Source of the DNA: Balanoglossus misakiensis
Lineage: Eukaryota > Animalia > Hemichordata
NCBI GenBank assembly: GCA_040954595.2
Contig: CM082582.2
Location: 2,402,303 to 2,466,302, forward strand
Length of the DNA: 64,000 bases
Reading direction: 5' to 3'
In this document: positions 63,301 through 64,000 of the stretch, piece by piece
How positions within the stretch are numbered: position 1 is the first letter of the stretch
How the letters are laid out: each line of letters begins with the position of its first letter
The notes under the pieces: generated by a model
Databases searched by the model: none
What the model was told of the DNA's origin: nothing
The model's input: only the letters and a program-made list of their open reading frames with translations
Translations under genes and position numbers: made by a program

Positions 63301-64000
63301 GGAACCATTTCCGGTCATAATCTCTGCAAAAGGTACAATGTGATATAGGTGTTGGTAAGATTGTGTGGACAGAGTAAGAAGTGAAGCAATTGCTTTACCA
63401 ATCCACAAGATAAAGCTCTATGACAGCAATGGTGAAAGAAGTGGTAGCCTCACTGTCACAGGCTTTCAAGATGATAGCAGACGTAAGAGCATATTACATC
63501 ACAGTCAAACCAAATAAGTGACTTCATCTGTATGCATATAATTTTGGGGGAAACATTACTTTCAAAAATGTGAATTTCTTTCACTTCAGCCTGTCAAAAT
63601 TAATTGACCTATATATACCCAGCCATGTTCAACTTTCAATACCACATGAATTCAATGAAAGTATATCTAATGGGCGAAATGTGTTGCTTCTCGCCTGATT
63701 TAGCAAAATTGAGTGACATAAATACTGGCTGGAACGGCTTAGTTAAATGAACGTTTGAAATTATTTTTGAATTATGATTAGTCTATAACAGTAATAAATT
63801 TTGAAATAACACTATATAATACAAGCACTACAAAAAATGTCAATATTTTATACTACCTTATAGAATCCGAGGAAATTCCAGAGCATCCAATTGGTGTAGA
63901 TGATGATGACCATGACTTGTTGATTGATCCTGGTTCCCATGAACACATCCTCTCAGTAGAAGATGATAAACTTGCCCCTGATATCACCATGGACATGAAT
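63301..64000 (+). pseudogene. Probable downstream exons of the decayed transposase (about 63301-63482 and 63864 to the window end)
   Basis: An AG-bounded segment reads NHFRS*SLQ...CW*DCVDRVRSEAIALPIHKIKLYDSNG and ends at GTAAG. A second acceptor leads into the acidic frame SEEIPEHPIGVDDDDHD. Confidence 0.5.

Overview
AT-rich, repeat-dense animal genomic DNA with spliceosomal introns; the repeat types and exons suggest a marine invertebrate (inference). Positions 1-20 kb are almost all repeat: a ~192-bp satellite, a ~55-bp minisatellite, a ~12-kb modular macro-repeat and a triplicated ~1.4-kb unit. Three small DNA elements are inserted in this part, and their empty sites are visible in sister copies. 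Positions 27.5-43.3 kb (minus strand) carry five exons of a disabled MED25 copy interleaved with two calcium-binding EGF exons, plus a LINE fragment and many nested MITEs. Positions 49.1-56.3 kb are an IS3EU-like DNA transposon with an intact spliced SAM-like/HECT E3 ligase gene facing an integrase-type DDE transposase. The single transposase intron contains a diverged inverted copy of the transposase's own catalytic exon. From 59.5 kb to the window end lies a decayed transposase gene with RAG1/Transib-like catalytic and zinc motifs plus a SAP-like insert. All calls were made by eye without database searches, and most short ORFs in the supplied track are spurious.
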